From assembly GCA_016748015.1 (NCBI GenBank), contig JAAOMT010000671.1:1-64000 (forward strand): DNA of 64,000 bases, given 5' to 3'. This document shows, one piece after another, positions 50,868-64,000 of this stretch. The translations under genes and the position numbers were made by a program. The notes beneath the pieces were generated by a model. That model did no database searches. It saw only the letters and a program-made list of their open reading frames with translations, and was not told the origin of the DNA. Position 1 is the stretch's first letter. Each line of letters begins with the position of its first letter. The stretch is from Geosiphon pyriformis uo1. Taxonomy: Eukaryota > Fungi > Glomeromycota.

Positions 50868-53800
50868 TTTGAGCAAAAACAAAAATCATCAAGCCTGATG
50901 CCTAAATGACGTCAAATGTTCACTTTGTCTGGTTTTGTTGCAGCACGCCCTATATGTATTTTAAAACTAAAAAAAATAGTATTAAGCAAGCAAAAATATT
51001 TATTAAGAATTTAAAAAATTTTTTGTATTTACTTAATATAGTGTGTACAACTTAGTTCTAATTATTAAATTTAATAAAATTCAAATTATTATTTTTTGTT
51101 TAAAAAAAATATATCAAATTTAATCATAAAATAATAAAACTATTCAAATTAAATAATATTATATTTTTAAATTTTCTGTAAAATAATTTGGTTATTTATA
51201 TATAATTAACATATATAATTATGTTTATTGTTAATTGGCTAATTTAAAAATAATATATTAATTAAATTTTTTTTAATTATAATACTAGTTTTTTAATATA
51301 ATACCAAATTAACTAATTTATTAAATATTAACTAATTATAAAACTGAATCAGAAATTTGGCAATATTAATAGTATTTTTTAATTGCAAATTCTGCTACTT
51401 AACTTGTTAAGTTTTTTTAATATATATCTATATAATAAAATGCTTTTTTTGTATATTAATTATATTTATTAATATGTAATTATTCTTTTTTTATATATAA
51501 ATAATAGCTTTTATTTATTTTATAATATTTAATATTTGATTGCTTTTTTGTTAATTTTATTGTTATTATTTTTATATATATATTATACACATAGTTAAAA
51601 AAAAATAATATTTTTAAATATTCCTTAATTAGTTAATTTTTTTTAATCCTAATATTAATTATTATTATATTATAATAAAATATATAGATTATAATTGTAA
51701 AATTACATGAACTTATGATTCAAAAACTCGAATTTATATTAATAAAATATAATATTGCTGTGTTTTATAATAGCAAATTAATATCTTAAATTTTGTTACT
51801 TAAAAATTTTTTAATTAAAACTAAATTATATATACTATATAACTTAATAAAATTTTTTACTTTATTTGATTAAATTTATATTTAATTTTAATTAATAGTA
51901 TTGTTATATTTTATAATAAAATCATATAAAATATATTCTGTTTTAACCAATTTTTATTTTTAATTACAATAATTATTATTATAAATTTCTATTAAATATT
52001 TGTTTATTAATAAGAAATTAATTAATATTATCTAACAAAATAACAATTCCAAATACTTAAAAAGTATACTATATTTATATATTATTAAGTTAAAATGTTA
52101 CAAGATAATAAAATTAGAAAAAATTTTTGAAAATTTTATAAAATTTATTCATATAAATTATAAATAAGAAGATATATTTTTAAAAAACACATTACATGTT
52201 TTTAGAAAATAAATTATAAGTTTTTAAAAAACAAATAATATATCTGTTATTGTAATTAATCATACATATATTTTTAAATTAAATTAGATTTAACAAGATA
52301 TTTTTATTATTTTATTTAAAATATAAAATTAAAAATTTTGCTACTATTTATATAGTTTTAATTTTTTTTGAATTTAAAACACATAAATATTTTCTATATA
52401 TGATTAATTACTTGGCTAATTCAGACTATATTAAACAGTTTTATTAACACTAATTATATTGCTTGTATTAGTATAAAACAGATTATAAACTCTAAAACCA
52501 AAACAAATTATTTGATTTTTATTTATACTCAATAAAATAGTCATTTTTTTAAGATATAATTAGAAAGACCTTAAATAAAAATTGTATTTAGATTTGCAGA
52601 AAGTAAAAAACTATTTTTTTTTATATTTATTTCTAAGTTTTAATTGAATAACCAAATTTTATTCTTAAGATTAATAATTAGATCATATACAAAATTAACC
52701 AGATTAAGCAAAACTAATTTAATATTACCAAAAGCTAATATGACTTTGATTAGTCAAAACCTAAAAACAAAATCTTTGCTTATAATAAGATATAGACTAA
52801 TATTATAAATACTCAAATACAAATTCTAAAAAATATAAAAAATATAAAAAAAATAAACAAATACCAGTTAAAAAAATTTAAAGTTTAAATTAATTAGTTA
52901 ACAATTTATAATCTGTATTATAAATAAAACTATAATTAAAAAATTCAATATTATTATAATATATACAAGAAATACTTAGATATTGTTTATTATAAAATTT
53001 TTTTTGACAGTTATAAAAAGTTTATAATACAAAACTTTTATAATAGAAATTTACAAACTAGTTAAAAACTTACTAATAAAATCAGTAATTATGTAAAAAT
53101 TTAAATGTCAAACTAAAGCAATAAGCTTTTAATTAATATTATTCAAATAAATAAAAAATTATATTAATGTTAAACCTAATTTCTTATTAGATTTTTTTAA
53201 TTAAGTTACTTATTGTTTTAGTAAAATAGCAAATATTGTCAAAAACAGCTCTTTTATTAACAATTATAAAACTTTTATAAATATTAATAAGAAATATTAG
53301 ACCAAAACTAACAGTACAATTCACTAATACATTAATATATTTATTGTTTATTATATTAAAATGCTCTTTAAATTTAACTTAACTTACCAAAATGTTTTAA
53401 TTGTAAATAATATTGACAATATAATAATATTTTATTTAATAACAGTTATAAAAATTAGGTTTTTTTAAAGCCAATTTTGTTTTGCAAGTATTTAAAACTG
53501 CTTGGCTATCTAAATAAATAACAACCTAAAAAAAACCAAAAACATATTTAAAAATTAAAACAATTATTTGCAACTTAATCAAAGTTGATAAGAGCAAATT
53601 ATAAACTTTTATACTTATTTCCAAACTCAAATTAAAAAATAAGCTGTAATACTACTTATAGCAAAAAGTGTACTAAGATTTTTAACTAAATTATTTGTAA
53701 AAACTATAATATTAAACAAAATATTATTTATTAAAGCAGACCAAATATTGTAAAAACAGAATGTTTTCAGCATATTTAATTTAAACAACAAATAAAAAAA

Positions 53801-54913
53801 GGCAAAAAAACTATTGAAAAAACAATCAAAAATCACAAAATTAGAAACCAAAAAAAATTATAATAAAATTAAATTTTTAGAATTTTAATACTTTTAATAA
53901 CAAAAATTTCTTTATAAAAAACAATTATTATAATTATTATTATTAACAAAATCTAAGTCATTAATTAGCATAAAATTATCTTTATAATTTTTATTATTAA
54001 TTAGCATATATTATTATTTTAATTTATTATTTATTATTTTATCAAATTATTTAAATTATTATTTAATTAATAATTTAATTTATACAAAACACAAATATAA
54101 CCAAATTGTAATAATTAAATTATGCAATATACTGAATTATATAACAGTTAAAAATTCACCAAAATATTTAAGAATTTAATAAAATATTTAACAATTTATT
54201 AAAATAATTTATAGTTTACAAAAATAGTTTATAGTTTGTTAAAATATATCTTTAATTTGTCAAAATATTAGAAAAAAAAGTGTTGAATTATAGAATAATA
54301 TTACAACAAATTGTATAAAGAAGAGCTTTTTTCTTTGTAAAAATGTATTTTTGTTTAAAATATTTTATTTTAAAATTAATAATTAGTTACTAAAAATTAT
54401 TTTAATAAAATTACTTTAAAAATTTAAAAATTCTTAATTATTACCACTTAAAATTATCTATTTAAAACTAATATTTAAAAATTGATTAATTATTAATTTT
54501 CATAATTTTTAGCAACTGCCAAGTCTAAATTTAAATAATTTCTTTAATATATTTATTTATTTATTTTTGGTTTATTTTTTTTATATTTTTTTATATTATT
54601 AAGTAGTCTACAATTAAAATTTTTTGTAAAAGAGTTGATTTTTATAACAAAGTAACTACATATTAATTAAAAAGCTTATAGATAAAATTTTTTGATAAAA
54701 AAGTTGATTTTTACTACAAAGTAACTATATTAATAATTGACATAAAATTGGTAATTTTATTATAACTCAATTATATATATAGTCTAAAGTATAAAAAAAC
54801 TTCTTTCTCTCTTATCTCCAAAAATTCTCAAAAAGTGCATTCTCTGTGAAAAGAAGTTTTTTTGTTTTTTAGTTTATATCAATATTTTTTTACCTAATAA
54901 TAACCCATTTTTC

Positions 54914-56788
54914 GTGAATATAGAGACTACTGCAAGTAGCTTCACATCTAAAAAGAAGACACCTAAGAGTGCTTTTTATGATTCTGCTGGTGGTTTATTT
55001 TTTCAGAAGAAGAAAGTTGTCATTGGTAATATCAAACACTCTGGTGATGAAAAGGATATATCTTTAAGTAAATTTGGACCTGATGACAATATATATTCTA
55101 ATGTGGATAATTTTTCTGGTAATGATAAGGACATTAACATGTCTGGTGTAAATAATAGGTCTCTTTTGGGCTCGGCTACAACTACACTCAAGGCAAAGTG
55201 GGTCAATACTAGTGCTGGTTTTGGTTCTCCACTCAGTTTTTCCAATTTTTATATGGATGATGATAAAGTTGTACTCCCTTCTCACTTGTCTATCTCTCTT
55301 GAAAAGAAGTGGATTGACTTAAAAGTCATCAAAACTTCTGTAAAAGTGCCAGTCAAAAAGTTATTTGCTTTGGATATCAATCTTTCAGCTGTAGAAAGGA
55401 AATCAGCAATGGCAAAAACTTAGTTAATCAGAAAAATTTTTTCTTTAGTCAATGGTTTTGGGAGGGCCACCACTTCTTCAAAATTTGGGAAGATCATCTG
55501 ATCTATGTTTATTTCTGAAGAGAGCATGATTAAAACTACATCATTGGCCAGTGAAAAAGAGATTAACATAAACTGTGATCTCAAGAAACAAGGAGTTTGT
55601 TCAGATCAGGCTGTAGTAATCAAAAAAATTCCCATGGACATGCCAAAGAAGATAATCATTGCCACAGTATTTGAGTTTGGTAATATTAAGTTGATCAAAA
55701 TTCAGCTGATTAAATTGTGGCAGAAGACAGTAGTGGAATTCGCTGAATTAGAACAGACAAAACAACTGGCATTAAGATGGTCATTTATTATTGGGAAAGA
55801 CTTGGTATGTGTGGCTATGGCTGTGGAAGATCAGGATACTTGGATGTCTAGGGATTGCTTTAGAGCACTTTTGTTTACTTTGCTGGTGGGAACAACTGCA
55901 CACAATCTTGGTACTCTTTTGAATGGGGCTGGTGGGAAAACTTGTATAATCAACCATTCTCTGGAGACTGGCAACTGGACTCACTGTGCTATTGTTGGTT
56001 TTGAATCTGAAAATAAGCTTGAATCTGCATTTTGCATTGAGCCAATTTTTGGTGACATGAGACTTTCTTGGGCCAGATTGGATTTGGTTCAGTGTAAAAA
56101 GTGTAGAAAATTCGGACACTTAGTTTTGAAATGTGATGCCTCTGACACTTTGGTGTCTGTCTCTTCTAAAAAAACAGTTAAAAAAAATGTTTCTGATGTA
56201 AATCGTCTTCAGTTGGCCAAGTTATATGCCAGAAAGAATGTTCCTATTTCTTGTCCTGCTGTTTTTGGTGGCAAGTCATGGGCTCAGGTGGTTTTTTCTG
56301 CAATTTCTTCTGGTGATTTTTGGTTTGAGTCTGGTTCTGGTTCTGGTTCTTTTTCTTCTAGTGCCTCAGGTTTGAGTAGTGGTTCTCTTTTGGTCCTGAG
56401 TAGTGATTTGTTATTGAACACTTGTTTGTCCTCTCTGGAATGTTCCTTAAAGTTCTTGGGTGATCAGGTTTCTGGTATTATACACAAACTCAGTGGTATG
56501 GAATTGGTGTCTTTGGCCCCCCCTTCTCCTTCTGGTCGTTTGGCTGCCTTAGTTAATGTCAATTTGGATTTAAACTCTGATATGGTTTTGAATAGTTCTG
56601 TTGTATTACCTGTGTCTCTTTCTGTTGTCTCAGCTTTGGGAATCAGTAGCTCAAAGATTTTGACAACTAAAGTGGGTTGCTTAGAGTCAAAGTTGGTGGC
56701 TCTTGAAGCCTCAATTAGTTCAGTTTTGGTAAAGTTAGATCAGTTGTGTGCTGGCTCAGGTTTTTGGATGTCTTCTGCTTCCCAATGA
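54914..56788 (+). pseudogene. LINE ORF1 (RRM-like region plus CCHC knuckle), stop at 55421
   Basis: ORFs 54914-55423 and 55505-56788 are in the same frame; CKKCRKFGHLVLKC. Confidence 0.85.
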
Positions 56789-59700
56789 GTAATTTGATTT
56801 GGAAATTCACTATGTGCAATGTTTGTGGCATTAATGTTCCAGCTAAACAAAAAGATGTCATATGGTGGTACATAAGTTCAGATAACATGGTTTCATTTAT
56901 TACTGAGACTAAACTAAGATCTAATATTAGGCCATAAATTATGAAAAAATTTGATAGAGTGCAAATATTTACTTCTGAGCTGGAAAAAAGTTTTTTAGAA
57001 ACTGGAGTGGCAGTTATTATGAATGAGTGTCTAGCTTGGCATGTGTCTAAAGTGGAGAAGGTTCCTGGGCAGATCATTTTAATTAAGCTTCTTTTCAAGA
57101 ACAAGATTTTGATATCTATTTTGGGTCTTTATGCTGATGTCTTCATTGAATCAAGATTCAGTCAAGCTTTGATTGTTAATTTCTTCATTGCCAAAGCTGT
57201 CAATTCCAGCACATTTGTGGTCTTGGGTGGAGACTTTAATAAAAATGGGAAAGAGAAAAGTGCAAGTTTCAAGTTTTGTTTTGATTTGGGTCTGGTGAAT
57301 TCATTTGTTGGACATAAGCTGGTTGAAGTTTCTACTTAGTCCAACTCAAGAGAGATCGAGAGAACTATTGATTTTATTTTTGTTAATTACAATTTGTTTT
57401 CTGCTGTTGCTGGCCATAAAATCAATTCTGTTGTGGAATTTTTTGACACTAATCATAAAGTGGTTTCGGTCTCAATTGGGTTGGGGGGTCTTGTGGATGC
57501 CAATTTAAATAATTTATGCAAGCAAGCCAACTGGGACAGATGAAAATTCAAGATTAAGAATGCCGACACTAGTAAATAGTTGCATTTTAGAGAGCACTTA
57601 TCTGACAGATTTGCTTTGGTTCTGCCTGAATTCACCCAGGCAAAAGATTATAGGAATTTGAATACAATGTGGAACATTCTGAGGGAGATTGTGATGGTGT
57701 TGGCTGATAAAATCTTTTCCAAACATTGGTTCAGTGATTTTGAGTGTACAAGGAACAAACATTCTCCCAAGTTTTTTAGGTTGGAACTTCTGGTGGCAAA
57801 AATTGTGAAAAGTTTAAGTAAGAGTTGCACAGCTGATTTTGCTTGCTTTTTATATACTTGGTCTGGTCTTGATAAGGCAGAAGCTTTTAGGATTGAGACT
57901 CTGATTAATGATAATATTGGGACTGAAATAGCTCTCCATCACCTGGCTGGTGTAAAGAAAAAATACTGCAAATCCAAATATTATGAATTCAGAATAGCTA
58001 GGAATAACTTCATTAGGAAAGCAATTAACAAATGTATGGAATTTTTTTGCTCTGATAAAGGGTGCATGATTCAGAGTGTGTTGGAATGGCCTGTTCAAAA
58101 AGTAATATTTGACTACTTGATAGTAGATGATAATTTGATTTTGGATCTTTGTGACATCAAATCAAACATTGATATGATTATGAAAGGATGGACGAGGAAA
58201 TACATGGTGCCCAATGTTCTGTCAGATTGCTGGTCGAATCAGTATGCCCTTTTGGCTCATGTTGATACTGGTGTATTTTTAGGTGTTATGTGTAGTTTCA
58301 GTCTAAATAAGTTGTTATTGGTGGTCAAGAATCTACTGGATGGCAAAGCAGCTGGGCTTTCTGGTATTACTAATGAATTATAGAAGCATTGTGATAGGAA
58401 AATTTTGGGTGGTCTGTTGAATATTTGTAATTTGTGCCTATATTTGATAATGGTTCTAGCACTATGGAAGGAAGTCTGGATCTCTATGATACCGAAGCCA
58501 TATGACTAAGAAGGAACCCTAACCAACACAAGACTTATTGCTTTAATTGAGACTGCTTGCAAGGTACTATCTAAGCTGCTTTCAGACAGGATCTTTTTGG
58601 CATGTAGTAAGTTTGATGTTTTTCGGGGTAATAACTTCTCAGTTTTGAGAGACATGTCTACTCTTTCTCTGATTTTTGCTGTCAGTTCAATAATTAAAGA
58701 TGTTCTGGAAAAGAGCAGAGAGGTGTGGTTGGTGCTACAGAACATGTGCAAAGCATATAACTCTGTTGAATGGCATCACTTGAAGAATTGTCTAACCAGA
58801 ATCAAAATGTGTTCTTATTTTGTTAGGTTTTTTGAGAATATTTACAATGGTCGAATAAATCATGTTATGACAGATTTTGGGTTCACATCTGAGTACATGG
58901 TACATGATGGACTTGACCAGAGTGAAGTTTTCTCTCCATTGCTGTAGAGAATTTTTTATGATTTTTTGCTTTGTAAGATTAAAAAGCTTGGTTATGTGTA
59001 TAGTTATAGAATGGAATCCAGGTTTTTTATGTACACTGGCAAACTAGATCTTAGAACTAGCAAGATGTTCTTTATGGCTGCTGAGGCTTTTGTGGATAAC
59101 ACAATCTGGATTGAGAACAGCATGGCTGCAACTCAGAGTATTTTGGATATTGTTAGTGAGTTTTTTTATATTAATAATATTTCCATAAACACAGACAAAA
59201 CAGCTGTTATACCAATCAACAGAAGGGTTGCCAATCTTCGGCTAGTAATTAGTAGATCAAATATCATAATAGTGAAAAAATATGGGGCTCATAGATACTT
59301 GGACATTTTTCTGTCAACTGAGGGTCTTTCTTGTCTTAGTATTGCTAAAGCACATTTGAACTTGAAGTTTTTTACGAACTTAGTTCTGAGAAAAATGGTT
59401 TTTAATAAACAATTCCTATATTTAGTTTTTGCTGTTTTGCAGTCTATTATTAGTTATAGGCTCCAATTTAGTCATGTTCCTACTAATGTGTGTAAAAGAT
59501 GAGACAAGTTGTTAAGAAAAAGTCTGAAACTTAAGGCTAATCTTCTCAAAGATTTAGGCCTTATATCACCCAGATTTATATAACTTGGTTCTCTTCAAGC
59601 AGCTCCTGGCCAAAAATTCACTGGCCAATTTTGTGTCTTTTGCTAATTCTGTGGGCATACTTGGCAACTTGTTTAAACACCATGTAATAGATCTACAGGT

Positions 59701-61466
59701 CATCAGTTAGATGCCCTGAAATCCTCTCAATTTTCCAATGACACTCTCAATCAGTCCTGTGGACTGTTTTTTTAGCTGGTGTGATGAACACACTTTTGTC
59801 ATATGGCCTGTCTTTGGGAAGTAGTGTGACAAACATGTTTTGTGCAGGCAGTAGTATTGTTGCTACAGATGTCCTTGGGCTAAATGCTTACATCAAGATC
59901 GTGAGTTTACTGAAAAAGTTTGAAATAATTTATGTAAACTAGCTTTTGGATCATCATGGCAGATGTTTCATGTGGAATTTATTTCGTAGATGGAAAAGGC
60001 TGGACCTTAGGAGACCAACTTTTGGTTGGTTTGTCTCTCTTGTGAACTTCATTGAATCTGGTAGTCTGGTTGGTAGTAGCATTTTGTTGCAGCTTTCTTC
60101 TTCAAAATTTTGCTCATATGATGATGGTTATGTCAAAGATTGTCTGGGACATGTGGGTTCTGATATTATACATGTTTACACCGATAGTTCAGTTAAAGAT
60201 CTTGGTTCTTCTGGTGCTTGTGGTGGTGCTGCTGTTTATTTCTCTAGTGTTAACATTGGTGTTGGTGTTAGGGTTCCCAATTTACTGTTTTTCACACTTG
60301 CAAAGATGTAACCCATTACTCTTGCCTTGAACTGTGTCTCCAATTATAGCTCAGTAGTATTGTTTACTAATAGTCAGACTTCACTGGACCTATGTGCAAT
60401 AGCCTTACAAAGCCACAGACCAGATTTCAGAAAAAAATGCTAGATAGAGTGTGAGTTTGTTCATGAAACTATTTTTTCAAAAAATCTGTCAGTTATCTGG
60501 AACAAAGTGAGAGACCACACTGGTGTTGTCGGCAACGAGTGCACTAATTTCTTTACCGAAGCTGCTACTGGTTCTAATTTCATTCTTCCTGTCAAGATGT
60601 CACTTCACTTCCTTAGCATAAAAGACAGACCCATTTTTGACAATGCTTATTATGTAGTCAGTAAACTTTATGATGCTGTTAATCTTGTTAGTTGAGAATC
60701 CAAGTACATGAGTGGTATAGTTGATAGAGCACTTAGCGGCCTGATAGACAAGTATTGCATTTTTGATGTATGGCATCCAAACGGTTATGTTAAATCTGGT
60801 TACACAGGTTCTGCTACTACAATACTCCATTTGTATTTTATGAAGGCCTTGCACTACTGGCTGCCTGTGGCCAAGAGGAAGAGGTTATATTATTCAGGTT
60901 ATCCTAGTGTGTTGTGCATTCTATGTGAACTTTTAAAAGATTTAGATCACTCGTTTGTCTGTGTTTCTAATGCTAACACCCATAATGACTTAATTTCAGA
61001 TGCCATCAAGGATTGAACAATTTTGTTGGACATGCATGCCACTTGTAACATGGTAGTTTGCTCACTTTATGAGGCTATGGGTTTGAATCGATTGTACATA
61101 ACTTTGTTCAAAGATTTTGTGTTGAAAGAATGGGTGAATAAGGCGAGGGGTTTGTTAGAAGGTAATTTGAATAGTGGATCTTTGGTCATTGATTTGGTTC
61201 ACCGTTTTTCTGAAAGTCATAGATCTGGTATATAGATGCCAAAGGCCAAACTAAAAGCCTATTATAAGAAGCATAATCTTTTGCTGTACAATAGATCTAT
61301 TATCCCACTAGTGTCTGGTTTGTCTTTGGTCTGGTCTTGTGACATGATTAATAGTTTTGGAATTAAGCTGAGTATACATACATGTTTTGGTCTTAATCCT
61401 CAATTACATAGTTTGCAGTTTGGTTTTCTATGTAATTTTTCTACATTGGGTGTTCTAGGTGTGTAG
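56785..61466 (+). pseudogene. LINE ORF2: APE endonuclease, RT, RNase H, C-terminal zinc finger
   Basis: CNVCGIN, ITETKL, GGDFN, TIDFIF, TNHK (APE). AFVDNT (RT, from FVDD). VYTDSS...KVRDHTGVVGNECTN (RNase H). CILC...DHSFVC. Confidence 0.92.
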
Positions 61467-64000
61467 TGTTGCCTTGACTGGCTCAAGTGGCTGGTTACGT
61501 GTAGAAAATGCATGAGCCATACTTAATATAGAGCTTTTTTGGTTTTATATAATTAGGTAATGGTTGGGCTGCACTCATTAAATTTAAATAAAAAAAAAAA
61601 AGTATAGAAAAATACTTTAAAAAAAAATTAACTTATTAAAAATTTATTAACTTTTATTAACAAAAAAATTAACAACAAAAATAGCATTAATAATATTAAA
61701 AAAAGTTAAAAAAATTTCTAATAATACTGTTTAAAAATTAGTTGACAAAAATTTTATCAAAATACTTTAAAAACTTAATAACTCTAAAGTATTTTGTATA
61801 ACTTAAAATGTTTAAAATAAGAATTTTATATTTAAGTTTAAAGATATTAAAAATATGAGTAATCAATAATGTTTTACTAAACAAAAATATCTTGATAATA
61901 TTTGTTAAAAAATTGTTTAAAAAACTAATTTTTAATTTAATTAAAAACCAAAAAAAATTCTGTAAAATTCAGTCCATAATTTGTAAATTAATAGTTTTAT
62001 ATTTAAAAAACCAGTTCAAAATTCTATTTATATTAATAAAATTAACTACTAATATTATTTTATATTTAATTTGAACTTGATTAAAAAACTTTAAATTCTA
62101 CCAAAAAAAATAATATAATGTTTTATTCAAAAAATTTTTAGATAAGCAAATTTTTAATCTCAAATTCTTTTTAATCAAATAATTTTAATATTTTATAAAT
62201 GCTTTTATTAATGTAATTAAATTAAGTTCTATAATTTATAATAGATTATAAAACAGCAGTAATTAAATATAAAAACTGTTTATTAATAATAGTTTTTTGC
62301 AGAATTATTAACACAAAAAATTTTATATCTAAATTTGTTTTTTTAAGACTAAAAACAAAAAAACTTTTAATAATCAAAAAGATCTTTAAATATTTATATA
62401 GAATATTTAATTTAGCAACTAAAATAAAAGATTTATTTTATAATTAAATTAATATTTGTAATCTTTGCATTAATTGATATAAACACAGTTTTGTTTAAAT
62501 TAATTACTATATTATTAATATTAAAAAATTTACCAGCAATATTTTAAATATTTTAAATTACTAAAAATTATATACTATTTAAATAATATTATTAACAAAA
62601 ACACAGACTTTCAAAAAAGATGTTAAATTAATATTTAATTTAACTTTATCTGTTTTGGCCACTAATTTAGAATCAATTTTATAATTAAAAAAAAACTTAT
62701 ATCTTTTAATTTTACAAAAAAAAAGTTTTACAAAAAAAAAAATTTTTTTCTTAATTTAAATTATTATGAACTTTATATTTAACAAACAGATCAAAATTAA
62801 TTATAATTTTATTGATATAGCTATTATAAATATGTCCAAAAAACCTAATAAATTTAATATATATTTTAATTTTTGTTAAATTATTAAGCAAATATAACCA
62901 GTTTACTAAATTATAAGTTTTGTATATGTTTAAAACATCAACCAAATTTCTTTGCTCTTTTTTAAAACATTTTTAACTGCTAAGTCAACAGCAAAAACAA
63001 AAAAATAAATTAAGATATTCTTTAAAATTAAAAAGTTATTTTTTCTTAAAATATTAAATTTATTGCAAACATCAAAAATACAATTAGATAAAATTTTTAA
63101 GAAAATTTTCTTAACAGTTTTAATAAAAGCAATAGATTTGGTATTTATTGGAATTCTTTTCTATTTATAAAACTTAAGAATTATTGAAACTTATGTTTTT
63201 TTTTATATATTAAAAATAATTTTTTTTATTAAATATTTATTAATTAAAATAAAAAGCATATCTTACACAAAAAAATTGCAGTGCTTCTATAATTTATTAA
63301 ATATTTTAAACAATCTTATAGTTTTATTATTAGAAAAATTATCAATAATTTAAGAAAATTTTTTCAAATTTATCTATTTTATAATATTAGCAAAAGTATT
63401 ATTATAAACATAAAATAATAATTTATATTAATAATATTAAACAAAAAAAACAGTATTCTTAACCAAGTATTTTTTTAATCTAATCTTTTATAATTGTATT
63501 TATTCTATTTTTAACCAAACCAAAATTTAAAAATAATTTTTTATTATCTATTAAGTAGTTTAAAGTAATTTTTTTGAATAACTGTTCTAAATTACTATTA
63601 ATTAATTATTTTTTATTATAAGCAAAAGCTTTTATATATTTAGTAATAGTATTATATATGTAAATATTTTTAATTAACTTAATCTCAGTTATTTTTAAGA
63701 ATTTGTAAGCTTTTTTGAAATATGTTAATAAATATTTATTATTAATAATACTAATACCAATAACAAAAAAAACATGAAACTTAAAAGCTTTTTTAAAGTT
63801 TAAATCAGTTTACTTTTTCAAAACAATTTTAAACTTATTTAGATTACCAAATTTAAATATCTTTGATACCTTAAAAACAAGTATTTTTAATCAGTAAAAT
63901 TAAAAAAAAAATCGTATTTCTGGCAAAATTATCATCTTAAAATCATAATTTTACAAAAGTAATATTAACTACTAAATACATTATTTAAGTAAACAAAAAC

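Larger units (their letters stand above)
32535..50950. mobile_element. Large cargo-carrying TIR DNA transposon (possibly Academ/DUF6589-type)
   Basis: Left TIR AAGTGTGCTACAACAAAATCAAACAAAGTAAATATTTGACATTA versus reverse complement of the right end GGGCGTGCTGCAACAAAACCAGACAAAGTGAACATTTGACGTCA: 34/44 identical, and all 10 differences are G->A or C->T on the left. TATA flanks both ends (32531-32534, 50951-50954). Superfamily assignment is inference. Confidence 0.8.
54800..61601 (+). mobile_element. LINE copy 3, full length and least decayed
   Basis: 5'UTR, ORF1, ORF2, 3'UTR and poly(A) at about 61590-61601. Approximate TSD AAAGTATA(A/G)AAAAA on both sides. Confidence 0.95.
53941..61726 (+). mobile_element. 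Degenerate solo LTR (family of 24856-25834) split by LINE-3 into 53941-54799 and 61602-61726
   Basis: TTGTATAAAGAAGAGCTT, AAGAGTTGATTTT...AAAGTAACTACATATT and the terminal AAAAATTTCTAATAATA match the reverse complement of 24856-25834 in order. Confidence 0.7.
52300..64000 (-). mobile_element. LINE copy 4, highly degenerate, interrupted by a solo LTR and LINE-3; continues past the window end
   Basis: 53627-53851 resembles the start of the RNase H region. 62751-62945 (NIYKTYNLVNWLYL...FIRFFGHIYNSYINKII) resembles the RT of LINE-3. 3'UTR-like sequence lies at about 52380-52440. Confidence 0.65.

Overview
This is an extremely AT-rich, CpG-depleted eukaryotic window. It is most consistent with a Glomeromycotina (arbuscular-mycorrhizal or Geosiphon-type) fungal genome; that assignment is inferred from the TE and gene families and the intron style. 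About 85-90% is nested, decayed transposons: four copies of one LINE family with RNase H, two full-length Ty3/Gypsy elements (one with a dUTPase), three solo LTRs and a TA-flanked TIR element. All are eroded by one-way C->T / G->A mutation. The main observation is an 18.4 kb DNA transposon (32535-50950; about 10.4 kb without its Gypsy insert), defined by a TIR pair whose first 44 nt differ only by C->T/G->A and by TATA on both flanks. Its left arm holds a degraded transposase-like gene. Its right arm is an unmutated, CpG-retaining cargo island. The cargo is an intron-rich REase-fold gene, a deleted Sola-like transposase, and two tandem intronless genes (49408-50222, 50232-50867) that read through only when TGA=Trp (code 4). 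These two genes look like Mollicutes-related endobacterium (MRE) genes, and the last stop codon abuts the right TIR. The proposed reading is endosymbiont DNA captured inside a fungal cargo transposon. The code-1 ORF track misses both genes.
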